The position numbers were made by a program, and so were the translations under genes. Of a DNA stretch of 64,000 nucleotides, positions 40,494 through 50,497 are shown piece by piece. Location of the stretch: contig CAVQHD010000001.1 of NCBI GenBank assembly GCA_963712275.1, positions 1,472,001-1,536,000 of the forward strand. Direction: 5' to 3'. Source of the DNA: an uncultured Rhabdochlamydiaceae bacterium (GTDB taxonomy: Bacteria > Chlamydiota > Chlamydiia > Chlamydiales > Rhabdochlamydiaceae). Positions within the stretch are counted from its first letter, which is position 1, and the number at the start of each line of letters is the position of its first letter. The notes beneath the pieces are model-generated. The model saw only the letters and a program-made list of their open reading frames with translations. It was not told the origin of the DNA and did no database searches.

Positions 40494-43400
40494 TCAAAAG
40501 AATTGTCCTATCTCGAAAATGCCTTGATGCGACTGGTAGCTTGAACCAAATTCACCTTGATATCTGACATCCACATAAGGCGCTTTATCATTATTTGGCC
40601 TCACAAGCATGGAAAATTCAAAGACCCCCAGGTTTTGAGCTCCTGTAAGCGTCGTAACTGTGAATGAGCCGGGAGTTCCGATAAGAGAAGAGGTGATAAA
40701 ACCTGTGTGGAAGGTTTTTTGGTAAGCATACGAGCCCTTCTCTCGAAAGACAATGTTTCCCCAGTCGAATTTCACGATTTCATGAAATCGGAGTCCCGTC
40801 TCGCCTCGAAAAAGGGAGCAAAAGCGTCCTTTTTGACGCATATTCAAGATATTTGCCCCATGCTCTTGGAACCCCTGCTCCCAGTTTCCGACCCAGTCGC
40901 CCATGAGGAATGGCTCAATTCCAAACCACTTCACCTGGCACCGCTCTAAATGAAAACCGTCGTAGCCTATCTCCAAGTGTGGAGCAACCTGCCATCCGTG
41001 GGTTTGAGATTTAGCTGTGTGATGAAACCCTGAAAAAGAAATTTTCCTGCGATTGCTTGTATGGTAGTATCCTCCCCATAGCGCCAAATCGAAGTACCAT
41101 TTTGCCGCATTGAGGGTGCCGTAGGCCGTCATGTACCCTTGATCGACACTCGCAGACCCCATCCCGTCTGATTCATGAAGATGGGAGTGGACATAAGCAA
41201 CTCCAACCCCAACCACATTGGCATTTGTTCCATTGTAGTCAAAAGCGGCGATAACTCCTCCGAGCCCTACGTTAAAAGCAGGCGTCTCGTTCTGCGCTTT
41301 TTTATGGGCATATTCCCCAAAGGTTCCAAGCCACATGGCACAGGGACCTTGCTTGTCGCAAGATGTTTGTTTGTCTTGCGCTTTGAGCATCTCCCTAGAA
41401 GTATAGGCGAGGAGCTGATCGGAATCGAGATGTGCTGCTGCAATTGGATTGCTTGCGCTCTCTTGCTGATGAAGTCGTCCATGGCGCAGATGGTCGCTGA
41501 GGACCTGGCTTGAAGCAAGATACCCATTTTGCGAGGCATACGTGGCAAATGCACTGCGTGTTGGCGCTGCCGATTCTAGGGCCTGAGTTAGCTCTGCTTG
41601 GTTTAATGAAGAGAATAGATTGATCACATCGATCGATGCGTTTGAGTTAAAATAGCTCGCTATCTTTAAGTTATTTCCCGTAAGACCTTTGGTGGAAATC
41701 TGAGGAGCGTAGAGCAAATAGACAAAGTTAGGCGCATACGATAAGCTAAAATGAAAATTGGAGAGTCCCCCTGTCACAATCGGATCGAAAGTCCCAGAAT
41801 AAGGCCCTTGCACAATTGGATAGGTTCCAGTGGTTGCATAGCTGCCAGCATCCTGGGTGACATTGACGGTGCCGCCAAGGACAAGCTCTCCCGTTCCTGT
41901 GACGATAACCTGAGAGGATGTCGCAGGACTGATTTCTATGTTGGTAACAGCGGTACTCCCTAAATTAATATTGCCGCTCGATGTATTGAACGTGAGATTT
42001 CCGATTGAATTTCCTGGAGAGAGGGTTCCGCTGATCGTGCCTCCTCCAAAAATAGTTCCGACGCCTCCAAGAGTCGCTCCTGAACTAACGGTAATACCTC
42101 CTAAGATCTGACCATTGACAGATAGCTTTCCTCCCGTCACCGAAGTCATCCCACTATAAGTACTCACCCCATTCAAAATGAGATTGCCAGGTCCTTGCAT
42201 CGTGAGGGAAGCGCCGGCCCCAGTTCCTGGCGTCCAGGCCTGGCCAGATGGGATAGAACTTAGACTATCATCGGCTATCGACTCAGAAATGGTGATGGTA
42301 CTCCCAGAGTCTGGAGCAAAAGTTAGAGTTGCCCCGGAAACCGCGAAGATGCCAAAACCAGCACTAGCCCCTGCGCCGCCGTTTGCGGAGGCTGTATTTC
42401 CCATCGTCGAGCAATTCCCTTGAAATATAATCGTCCCAGTATTAACAAAGATAGCCCCTCCAAGCCCTGCGCCATCTCCTCCTACAGATAGATTACCAAC
42501 AGCTCCGACACCACCAGGACCTCCTTCGCCACCACCACCTCCACCACCAAATCCCCCTTGCCCACCTAATGAGCCAAATCTAAACCCACCACCACCACCA
42601 AAACCCCCATCTCCTAAGTTACCGCCGCCTCCTCCAAAACCTCCATTTCCTTGTTGGTTACCACCGCCACCGCCATAACCTCCATTTCCTGAGACGCTAC
42701 CACCGCCGCCACCAACACCTCCATTTTCTAGGCCAGAGGGACTGCTACTACCACCTCCTCCTCCAATACCACCAGCAGAAGCACTACCATTATAGCCACC
42801 ACCTCCACCAGAAGTCCTTACGACTGGACCAGGATTCATCCCACCGCCTGCACCACCTGCACCAGTCCCATTGCCGCCTTGGCCTCCTCCTCCTCCAAAA
42901 ACATATATTCCAACCGTACCACCGGGGCTGCCATTTCCTCCACCAGCTGTTCCAGCCGCTCCTCCTGTTGCTCCAATTATCGCACCGCCGCCGCCACCTC
43001 CCGCATTTGTTCCATTCCCATTTCCTCCATCAGCTATGGAACCGCCCCCGCCAGAGTTTCCCCCTCCATTACCGCTATACCCACCGCCACCACCATTGTT
43101 GGAACCTCCATTTCCTCCAAGACCACCACCAGCACCACCAGCACCAGGAGCACCACCGCTGGCACCAAAACCAGCGCTCGCCGTATTAGAAGTAAAAACC
43201 ACATCTTTAATGGTCACAGTGGCTCCATCTACAAAAACAGCCCCGCCTGCTCCCATTCCACCACCACCGCCACCCGCTCCAGAGCCTCCTTGAGCCACGC
43301 CGCCTTGGATGTTCATGTTCTGCAAGGTCACAGTGCCTTGCCTGATAAAAAAGGGACGAAAGCCGTTTCCATCAATTGTCGTAGGGCTGCCTGAAGAATT

Positions 43401-43682
43401 GCCGATTGTGATGGTATCTGTCGTAAATAGGTTGATTGGAGGAGGGAGGGCATTTAAAGACACCGATGGAACAGAAAACGTAATATTAAAAGGTCCGGCT
43501 GTTCCTTGAGCTTGGCTATTTAAGATCTGATTCAAAGTATAGCGTAACTCCCCAGTTGCTCCTCCTGTATTGACAGCTGAGTCTGACCCCAGACTGACTA
43601 TATAATCAGCACTGAAAACGGCTGCTGTTGCAAGGCTAAAACAGATCGTAGAACAGAAAATTTCCTTCCATCGTAAAGACAT
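40494..43682 (-). CDS. autotransporter with glycine-rich passenger (Pmp-like)
   Basis: Signal peptide; GGAV/GGAI and FxxN motifs; long GGxGG tract; L.G..TYSG.T.V..G.L repeat; C-terminal beta-barrel ending in F. Confidence 0.9.
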   Translation of the reverse strand: MSLRWKEIFCSTICFSLATAAVFSADYIVSLGSDSAVNTGGATGELRYTLNQILNSQAQGTAGPFNITFSVPSVSLNALPPPINLFTTDTITIGNSSGSPTTIDGNGFRPFFIRQGTVTLQNMNIQGGVAQGGSGAGGGGGGMGAGGAVFVDGATVTIKDVVFTSNTASAGFGASGGAPGAGGAGGGLGGNGGSNNGGGGGYSGNGGGNSGGGGSIADGGNGNGTNAGGGGGGAIIGATGGAAGTAGGGNGSPGGTVGIYVFGGGGGQGGNGTGAGGAGGGMNPGPVVRTSGGGGGYNGSASAGGIGGGGGSSSPSGLENGGVGGGGGSVSGNGGYGGGGGNQQGNGGFGGGGGNLGDGGFGGGGGFRFGSLGGQGGFGGGGGGGEGGPGGVGAVGNLSVGGDGAGLGGAIFVNTGTIIFQGNCSTMGNTASANGGAGASAGFGIFAVSGATLTFAPDSGSTITISESIADDSLSSIPSGQAWTPGTGAGASLTMQGPGNLILNGVSTYSGMTSVTGGKLSVNGQILGGITVSSGATLGGVGTIFGGGTISGTLSPGNSIGNLTFNTSSGNINLGSTAVTNIEISPATSSQVIVTGTGELVLGGTVNVTQDAGSYATTGTYPIVQGPYSGTFDPIVTGGLSNFHFSLSYAPNFVYLLYAPQISTKGLTGNNLKIASYFNSNASIDVINLFSSLNQAELTQALESAAPTRSAFATYASQNGYLASSQVLSDHLRHGRLHQQESASNPIAAAHLDSDQLLAYTSREMLKAQDKQTSCDKQGPCAMWLGTFGEYAHKKAQNETPAFNVGLGGVIAAFDYNGTNANVVGVGVAYVHSHLHESDGMGSASVDQGYMTAYGTLNAAKWYFDLALWGGYYHTSNRRKISFSGFHHTAKSQTHGWQVAPHLEIGYDGFHLERCQVKWFGIEPFLMGDWVGNWEQGFQEHGANILNMRQKGRFCSLFRGETGLRFHEIVKFDWGNIVFREKGSYAYQKTFHTGFITSSLIGTPGSFTVTTLTGAQNLGVFEFSMLVRPNNDKAPYVDVRYQGEFGSSYQSHQGIFEIGQFF

Positions 43683-43730
43683 AAAAATACCTCTTTCTTT
43701 CTGAAATACTAAAAGGAAATTTGTTAAGCT

Positions 43731-45305
43731 GAGGGAATTGCAAAACTAGAAACGAAAAAGTGATTTTTCGGGGATAGTGAATGCAAACCGGTTGGCAGGC
43801 CCCGAAAAATCACTTTTTCGATTCCAGTCTCGTAATTTTAGATGTTTTATCCAAAAAATCTTCACTGTGAGAACAAGCGGGAGCCCATTTGATCATTGGC
43901 CAGAAGACTTTTTCACCCTACAGCAAGATTACGTGACCAATTTCATCAATTGGTCGGCTGTCAATACCAACACGCCAAACATAAGATGGCACGCAACCTT
44001 ACTAAGTCCGCGCACCCTGAGTTTGCAAGCACCAAATTCGTCTTTCAGACGAGAATTGGTTCGTTCCGCAGCTGTCCTTTCATTATAACGCAGTGTTTCT
44101 GGGAAAATTAAATTCAGAGTTCTTCTTGCAAGACTTTCCGCTTCAAGGTCTTTTTTGAGCTGTTTGTCTGCTCTTGGATTCTTATCGATTAGGGGCTTGT
44201 GTCCGAGAGATTGGCTATGTGCGATAATACCTGGGATGTCGTAAGCGGCATCCATGAGGTCATAGCAGTTGATGATTCTCGTGGCAGTTAAAGTGGCCAG
44301 AGGAATTGCAACCTGACTGTCATGAACTGAAGCTGAAGTAACAATAGCGCTGACAGGGATGCCTCCGTCAATGGTATCTAAATGTAACTTGTAGCCAGTC
44401 CAGTACATTGTATTACCTTTGCTGTCTTTTTTAGCACCTTTGTCGCATGCTGTCGGTAAATCAGCCAGCATTTCTTCTAGCGTCATCGTTTTTTGTCTGT
44501 CTATGCGCGTAGGTTCGGGTTTGGCTCGTTTTTGGCCTTTTTTAGGGCGACCTTTTTTCTTTGGCTCCAATTCCTGATCCGGATCTTCACTGTTTTGCGT
44601 TGCCTTGTTCTTAGTTTTGGTTTGCGGCCGTTCTCGAGCCTCGATTGCGGTTGAATCGCGTGAATTATGCAAAACGACTTCGTTTTTCAATGTCTTTACA
44701 ATCAGCGCCTCATGTGCGCGCTGAGGAAGCCCTGTTTTAGCAAACTCAGTGAAGGCTCTAGAAAAAGTAGCCTCACTAGGCAGTTCAGACAGAGATTCCC
44801 ACCCACAAATACGTCGTAGGTTTTTATCGCTTTTCAAGCGATCAATCAAAAATGTTGTCGTATCGAGATTGTATACCATTTTAACAACGAATGATCTGGC
44901 AATTGCTGAACGTGTTTTTTGTGGGCGGCCCTCACATCCGTAATAGCAAGGAAGAAAGTCTTCGATGCGTACCACTTCCAAAATAGAAACCAATTGTTGC
45001 TGCTTTTCTGTCAGTGGATCGAGCTCTTCTTCTAACCAAGCGAAAAGAGAGCCTTGAATTTTTTCCCAATATTTTGATAAAGTGTCTGTCAGCTGACCCA
45101 CGTGGTTTGCTCCTTGCTCTGATGTGATTGTTTGTCAGAAAGCTAATTATATCAGACGCAAGGTGTTTGTTAAAAGTGACTTGTGGTTGAAAATCGCAAC
45201 GCTATTACAGAAATGACGAAAGGGAAGACTTTTTCGGAGTTGCTGTAGGTTTTGCTAAAACGGACCCGAAAAAGTCTTCCCTTTCGTTAGTTTTGCAATT
45301 CCCTC
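43731..45305 (-). mobile_element. IS element copy 2 (1575 bp, inverted relative to copy 1)
   Basis: Same TIRs; 5-bp TSD AAGCT; identical transposase protein. Confidence 0.92.
43929..45101 (-). CDS. DDE transposase
   Basis: Protein identical to 8404-9576. Confidence 0.92.
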   Translation of the reverse strand: MGQLTDTLSKYWEKIQGSLFAWLEEELDPLTEKQQQLVSILEVVRIEDFLPCYYGCEGRPQKTRSAIARSFVVKMVYNLDTTTFLIDRLKSDKNLRRICGWESLSELPSEATFSRAFTEFAKTGLPQRAHEALIVKTLKNEVVLHNSRDSTAIEARERPQTKTKNKATQNSEDPDQELEPKKKGRPKKGQKRAKPEPTRIDRQKTMTLEEMLADLPTACDKGAKKDSKGNTMYWTGYKLHLDTIDGGIPVSAIVTSASVHDSQVAIPLATLTATRIINCYDLMDAAYDIPGIIAHSQSLGHKPLIDKNPRADKQLKKDLEAESLARRTLNLIFPETLRYNERTAAERTNSRLKDEFGACKLRVRGLSKVACHLMFGVLVLTADQLMKLVT

Positions 45306-45331
45306 AAGCTATCAAAAAAGATGGATGATAC

Positions 45332-46219
45332 ATGAACACTTTTGTTGCGACAATTGATCTTGCGCTTGCCTCTAAACTTGAAGAAGATCTTAAATCTCAA
45401 GGGTTTATATTAAACAAGCCCCCTTATACGCTCTTTTCAGCCCAAAAAAAGGGGGTTTCTTGCACTCTTTATTCCAGCGGAAAACTGACGGTTCAAGGGA
45501 AAGAAAAAGAGGCGTTTATCACCTATTACCTAGAACCTGAAATCTTAAAAACCTTGGCCTATAGCTATCCCGAGCTCGGTGTTGATATGACCGCGCATAT
45601 TGGAGTGGATGAGGCAGGCAAAGGCGATTTTTTTGGGCCTCTTTGCATTGGGGCTGTTCAAGCCGACGAAAAAGGAATCAAGTCGCTGCTTAGCTTGGGT
45701 GTGAAAGATAGCAAGAAAATGAGCGACCAAACGATGTTCATGCTCGCTCCTAAAATCCGCGCAGCGGTCCCCTCGACAATCGTTAAAATCTCTCCCCCTA
45801 AATACAATGAAATGTATCAGAGTTTTCAAAACCTCAACAGGCTTCTCGCATGGGGGCATGCAACAGCGATTGGAGAGCTTGTCCAAAAGACAGGATGCCA
45901 AAAGGCGCTGATTGATCAGTTTACAACTGAATCGCTTGTGGAATCTGCCCTTGCCAAAAAAGGGGTCTGTGTTGAACTCGAGCAAAGGCCTCGCGCTGAA
46001 GAAGACCCTGTTGTTGCGGCCGCCTCCATTTTAGCGCGGGTCGCTTTTGTAGGAGCGCTCGAAGCTTTAAGCCTGCAGGTTGGCATGACGCTACCCAAAG
46101 GAGCCTCCTCTCTTGTCGTGAAAGCAGGACGCAAGCTTGTTGAGGGGCAGGGGCGATCAATCCTCGAACAGGTAGCGAAACTGCACTTTAAAACCACCCA
46201 AGAAATACTTTTCTTTTAA
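45332..46219 (+). CDS. rnhC: ribonuclease HIII
   Basis: N-terminal TBP-like domain (Y.SGKL.VQG), IGVDEAGKGDFFGP, DSKK, DQF, VAAASILAR, KLHFKT. Confidence 0.95.
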   Translation: MNTFVATIDLALASKLEEDLKSQGFILNKPPYTLFSAQKKGVSCTLYSSGKLTVQGKEKEAFITYYLEPEILKTLAYSYPELGVDMTAHIGVDEAGKGDFFGPLCIGAVQADEKGIKSLLSLGVKDSKKMSDQTMFMLAPKIRAAVPSTIVKISPPKYNEMYQSFQNLNRLLAWGHATAIGELVQKTGCQKALIDQFTTESLVESALAKKGVCVELEQRPRAEEDPVVAAASILARVAFVGALEALSLQVGMTLPKGASSLVVKAGRKLVEGQGRSILEQVAKLHFKTTQEILFF

Positions 46220-46243
46220 TCGCCTATTTTTTAACCTGCCTCT

Positions 46244-47149
46244 ATGTCACGATTTTCATACACAGTCATAGCGGCGCTTTTTTTATTGCCGGTTGAAGGG
46301 GCCCCTTACGGTTTTTCTGACTACTACTTTGCAGATCCCGAGAGACACTGGCATGTTGAGGCCGCTTATCGGGGGGTTGGAAAAGCGGAGTTTGAAAAGA
46401 ACAAATGGCATCACCTGAACTATGCAGATGCCGACGCAGCTCTCTATTACACACAACCTCTTGATGACGAGAACTCTTTAACCTACGGCTTAGGTTATGA
46501 CTTTTTGAGGTTGGATTGGCATCAAAACCCCCGCTTTTCACAATCTAATTTCCATTATTTAGTCGGATCTATCGGGTATGTTTCAACGACTTTAGACCGT
46601 TGGCGCTGGATTATTAATACAGGCTTTTCTGTTGATGCGGCCCGCCTTGATTTTGGCCCCTCCGCAGTTTATCATGCGATGCTCTGGGGACGGTTCCATT
46701 TTACCGATTGTTGTGGAGTGCACATTGGGGCTTTGGGATGGTATGGAGTTAAAAATGGACGAGGATTTCCCGTCTTTGGATTTGACTGGAAATGGGGGGA
46801 TAAGTGGTCTGCAAACACGGTTTTTCCAATTGACTATTCTCTTACGTACCACCTCTCGGACAATTGGTCTCTTGAAACTGCCTATGCTAACTTTGGAGGA
46901 CCTTACAAATACCCGCGGCTCGCGCATGAGGGCGCAAAAGGGTTTAGAGAGTCGATTTTGATGGTCTATTCCAATGGAGTCGACTTAGCTTTGAAGTTTA
47001 AGTTTGAACATCTACTCAGAGCCTCCTTAGGCGTGGGATGGAATTTCGGGGGATGGCTTTTCATTAAAAATCATGAAAATCACGACGGAAAATACTACCA
47101 TTTTAATTCCGCTCCCTACGCTCAAGGAAGTATCGCCTTAACATTTTAA
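46244..47149 (+). CDS. putative outer-membrane beta-barrel protein
   Basis: Signal peptide, aromatic-rich alternating pattern, terminal Phe. Confidence 0.6.
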   Translation: MSRFSYTVIAALFLLPVEGAPYGFSDYYFADPERHWHVEAAYRGVGKAEFEKNKWHHLNYADADAALYYTQPLDDENSLTYGLGYDFLRLDWHQNPRFSQSNFHYLVGSIGYVSTTLDRWRWIINTGFSVDAARLDFGPSAVYHAMLWGRFHFTDCCGVHIGALGWYGVKNGRGFPVFGFDWKWGDKWSANTVFPIDYSLTYHLSDNWSLETAYANFGGPYKYPRLAHEGAKGFRESILMVYSNGVDLALKFKFEHLLRASLGVGWNFGGWLFIKNHENHDGKYYHFNSAPYAQGSIALTF

Positions 47150-47755
47150 CTATTTGGCAGCTGTTGTGTTTTTATGCAGCCGGAATGATTCCACAAAGTG
47201 TTTATACCGCACTTCATCATAGTTAGGGATTTCACATTCCATTGCCATAAGATACAGGCTATTTTTGACCATGACAGCCCGTCCCTTAAAGTAAATGTTT
47301 CCTGTTCGGATGAAAAAATCGAGCGCCTCATGCCCATCGACTAGAAGAAGATCGGCAAAAAGGAGTTGATTTCCAGGGTTATGGGTTAAAATCCCATTGA
47401 GAAACCCCTCCAAGCTCATTTGAGCATAAGCCTCATCGACAAACTCAGGGTATTGGGCTACAAGCAACATAAAGACAGCTTGCTGCTCTACAGCAGAAAT
47501 GTAAGCGTCATATTTGAGTTCAAACCCCTCATCAGGCATTGCCATTTTTTCCGAAATATGTTCGGGCTCTGCTGGAAGCCACAAGGAGCAATTTCCTGCT
47601 TTAGCATGGTATTCTTGCCATCCTGCAGGTACGACAGCCTGAGTAGAAGTTCGAGTAGAACTTGGTGCCGACGAAACATTCGTCGGTGCAGTCAGCAGCA
47701 AAACACCTCCCAGACAGCTGAGAAGCCACTGCTTAAATCCCCTTATTTCCAACAT
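47150..47755 (-). CDS. exported hypothetical protein
   Basis: Likely start MLEIR after gagggg SD; signal-like N-terminus. Confidence 0.6.
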   Translation of the reverse strand: MLEIRGFKQWLLSCLGGVLLLTAPTNVSSAPSSTRTSTQAVVPAGWQEYHAKAGNCSLWLPAEPEHISEKMAMPDEGFELKYDAYISAVEQQAVFMLLVAQYPEFVDEAYAQMSLEGFLNGILTHNPGNQLLFADLLLVDGHEALDFFIRTGNIYFKGRAVMVKNSLYLMAMECEIPNYDEVRYKHFVESFRLHKNTTAAK

Positions 47756-47781
47756 AATCCCCCCTCTATTTATTAATGAAA

Positions 47782-48420
47782 TTAATGAATCCTGCCCATG
47801 AGTAAAGCCAAGAGCCATGCAATCAGCTGGACACCCATGAAAATAACGATAAACGGCATAAAAATATTGAGAAGCGCTTTCCAAGCGGAAAATTGTTGAG
47901 CCTCCCCAAGCGCTTTCAGGAGAATAACAAGCCCCCAGACTGCAACAACCACCTGAATGAGCGTCATGAAAAAGATAAAGGCCAGCTGCCCTCCGGCAAA
48001 AGGAAGTTCGAGATAGGCCCTAGTAAAAAGATATCCTCTAAATACCATGATCTCTGTGGCCCAAACCGCAATGTTGACAAGCGTAGGCACACTAGACCAA
48101 GCAACCGCTGCTCGAACCTGTTTAAAGGTTCCAAGCCCACCCAGCCATCGCCCTGTCCAATAAAAGAGAGCAGCTCCTACATTGACTCCAACAAATCCGG
48201 TAATGATGGCTCCAACCGCAGTCCCCCCTAAAATATAGCCAAAAGAGTAGACATCTCCGAGCGCTCGATTTTGTGCTGCTTGAAGGAGAATAGGAAATCC
48301 ATAGATCCAATAAAGCAAAGGGAGCAAATAGGATGTGTTGAATTCAAGAATGGCTCGGATCGTTTCCCGGGGATGCAGCCACATTCCAATCCATGGATTT
48401 ACGGATAATTTTTCTGCCAT
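47782..48420 (-). CDS. Yip1-family membrane protein
   Basis: W..P..T, G.WLGG.G, R.A.AW..VP, FS.WKA. Confidence 0.8.
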   Translation of the reverse strand: MAEKLSVNPWIGMWLHPRETIRAILEFNTSYLLPLLYWIYGFPILLQAAQNRALGDVYSFGYILGGTAVGAIITGFVGVNVGAALFYWTGRWLGGLGTFKQVRAAVAWSSVPTLVNIAVWATEIMVFRGYLFTRAYLELPFAGGQLAFIFFMTLIQVVVAVWGLVILLKALGEAQQFSAWKALLNIFMPFIVIFMGVQLIAWLLALLMGRIH

Positions 48421-48539
48421 ACAAGCTCCTTTGAGGACTGTATGTTTAGAATAATACTAAAACAATAATTATTCAATTATTATTTTAACTTTTTGTGGAA
48501 TAATGGAACTATGTAAAGAAGAATCAATAAGATAGAAAG

Positions 48540-48571
48540 GAAAAGGCACGTCTTGTGAGGCGTGCCTTTTA
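48540..48571. terminator. intrinsic terminator
   Basis: aaaaggcacg-tcttgtgagg-cgtgcctttt hairpin flanked by A/T runs, downstream of the small minus-strand ORF. Confidence 0.7.
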
Positions 48572-48584
48572 TAACGTCTGATAA

Positions 48585-48776
48585 CTAGTTGTTTTCTTCT
48601 TCCTCTTCTTCTGAATCATCTTCATCAGAATCTTCAGTCATCTGATCTTCAGAAGAGCTGCTTGTCTGCGTTTGAGCAGCAACTGTCCCTGCTTTTTTCG
48701 TTTCCGATCCTGAGAGGAAAGGGTTGATGATGATCAATCCCACAACCATAATTGCGACCACAATCATATTATCCAT
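48585..48776 (-). CDS. small single-TM protein with acidic tail
   Basis: aggag SD before MDNMI; hydrophobic N-terminus, E/D-rich C-terminus. Confidence 0.55.
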   Translation of the reverse strand: MDNMIVVAIMVVGLIIINPFLSGSETKKAGTVAAQTQTSSSSEDQMTEDSDEDDSEEEEEENN

Positions 48777-48897
48777 GCTATTTCTCCTTTTTTTAAGCAA
48801 AGGAATGGACTATAGCAAACCGCATCATTTCCAGACAAGTACCCTTTACAATTAATTTTAAAATTAATATTAGTTAATTTAACTGAAGGATTAATTT

Positions 48898-49296
48898 ATG
48901 CCAAAAAAACGTCTGAAGAAAAAATCTTCTGCTAAAATTAAAAAAACGATTAAAACTCATGAACGGCAGCGCCTTGAAAACCTCGAAGAGCTCATCAGCT
49001 TAAACCTGGGCAGCCTTTTAGTCCTAAGCGAGGAAGGCGATCCAACCCAAATTGCTCTCGCCTATCAGCAAGCCAAAAACGAATTTTTAAAGCTTGGACC
49101 TGAAATGCATCGCATCGCTCGAGAAATTGGAGGAGATCTGTTTTGGATTGTCGCCGACTTCCTAGAGAGCATTGACGTCGTTCTCCATAAGCAAGGGATG
49201 CTCGATGAAGACAAAATCACGCATTGCCTTTCGACGACAGAGCGCCTTAAAGCAGAGCTTAAGCAAAACACTTTTGAAGCAGGGGGGCTAGGTTAA
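48898..49296 (+). CDS. hypothetical protein
   Basis: 132 aa; basic N-terminus, helical. Confidence 0.6.
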   Translation: MPKKRLKKKSSAKIKKTIKTHERQRLENLEELISLNLGSLLVLSEEGDPTQIALAYQQAKNEFLKLGPEMHRIAREIGGDLFWIVADFLESIDVVLHKQGMLDEDKITHCLSTTERLKAELKQNTFEAGGLG

Positions 49297-49309
49297 AATC
49301 TTTGAATAC

Positions 49310-49403
49310 AGATCGGGCAAGGGAACGGGCACGGTAACGTTCACGAAAGAGCTTAGGTGACCTCTTTCGTGAACGTTACCGTGCCCGTTCCCTTGCCCGA
49401 TCT
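49310..49403. repeat. 42-bp perfect inverted repeat with 10-nt loop
   Basis: agatcgggcaagggaacgggcacggtaacgttcacgaaagag and its exact reverse complement at 49362-49403. Confidence 0.95.
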
Positions 49404-49415
49404 CCCCCTAACCGA

Positions 49416-49673
49416 TTACTTACAAGAACCGCCTTGAGATTTTCCACCTTTGCAATTACAGCCGGAACAACCGCACCCGCATTTACACTTTCCTAGGCAT
49501 CCCAAGCACCAAACAGCCGCAAGCCCTATGATAGCATAAATAAAACGGGCAAGCCATGATGTATTCCCATGGGCGATCCAAGCAACCAAATCAAATTGGA
49601 AAAATCCCCACAAACCCCAATTCAAAGCCCCAATGATAACAAGAGCCCTCGCTACACATTTTAATAACTTCAT
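49416..49673 (-). CDS. DUF378-family membrane protein with Cys-rich tail
   Basis: LVIIGALNWGL.G.F.FDLV...ARFIY.IIGLA; likely start MKLLK. Confidence 0.85.
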   Translation of the reverse strand: MKLLKCVARALVIIGALNWGLWGFFQFDLVAWIAHGNTSWLARFIYAIIGLAAVWCLGCLGKCKCGCGCSGCNCKGGKSQGGSCK

Positions 49674-49807
49674 AAAAAAAGCCTCCTCTACCGTTCTACC
49701 CTTTAATATACATAAAAGAACTTCGATTGTCACCATTTTTTTTTACTTTAACAATTGTCATTTAATCATTGAAAATGGTACATTCTTCCACTGATGATGG
49801 AGGTCGT

Positions 49808-50497
49808 ATGGGAAAAATCGTCGGTTGTTCTGAGTTCAAGTTTCATGATCAGATTCGTGGTTTTTTTCGCTGGAGCGACGTTTTAAAGGGAAAAGCACGC
49901 ACCATTGAGTACCGTACTCATTCATTTTTTGGAGATTCTAGCTATTCAAAGCTTATTGAGCCTAAATTGTATTTTCATGCTTCTGTAAGCGCTTGGACAA
50001 CCTTTACCGGAAAATTAAGGGAGTATTGCTTACCCTGGCGTTGGAAATCAGCCTACTTGGATCCAGAAGAAAATGGCAAGCCACCTTATCGGATTCTAGT
50101 ATGCACAGCTGTCCAAGAAGGTAAATTGCCTGATGATTTAAGAAAAGTCGTTGGTAAATCATGGTTTTTGACAAATTTGACAATTAATAATCATTATAAC
50201 GAATTCCATTGGCAAGAATTTCTTGAGCTTCCAGGACAAAATGACAGCTTCAACACCATTAGAATGTCACATCCTCTAGGGGACTGTTTTGGGAATACAA
50301 CGTATGTTACTTCAGGTTCGCTTTGTCATATTTATCGCCGACGAACTCTTTTCTCAACACTGAAATATCTTTTCCTAAGACAGTTTTCAACTTCTTGGAA
50401 GGAAGTCGCTATTCAAGCAGGGAACGTATCGGAAAAAATGTTAATTCAAAAAACTGATGAGCAAGCCATCTGTAACGCCGGACTAATTCATGGATGA
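49808..50497 (+). CDS. hypothetical protein upstream of gatC
   Basis: ggagg SD before MGKIV; overlaps the gatC start. Confidence 0.6.
   Translation: MGKIVGCSEFKFHDQIRGFFRWSDVLKGKARTIEYRTHSFFGDSSYSKLIEPKLYFHASVSAWTTFTGKLREYCLPWRWKSAYLDPEENGKPPYRILVCTAVQEGKLPDDLRKVVGKSWFLTNLTINNHYNEFHWQEFLELPGQNDSFNTIRMSHPLGDCFGNTTYVTSGSLCHIYRRRTLFSTLKYLFLRQFSTSWKEVAIQAGNVSEKMLIQKTDEQAICNAGLIHG

Noticed and set aside
42871..43394. Proline-rich and Ser/Thr-rich plus-strand ORFs
   Set aside because: Antisense reading of the GGN-rich glycine tract of the autotransporter
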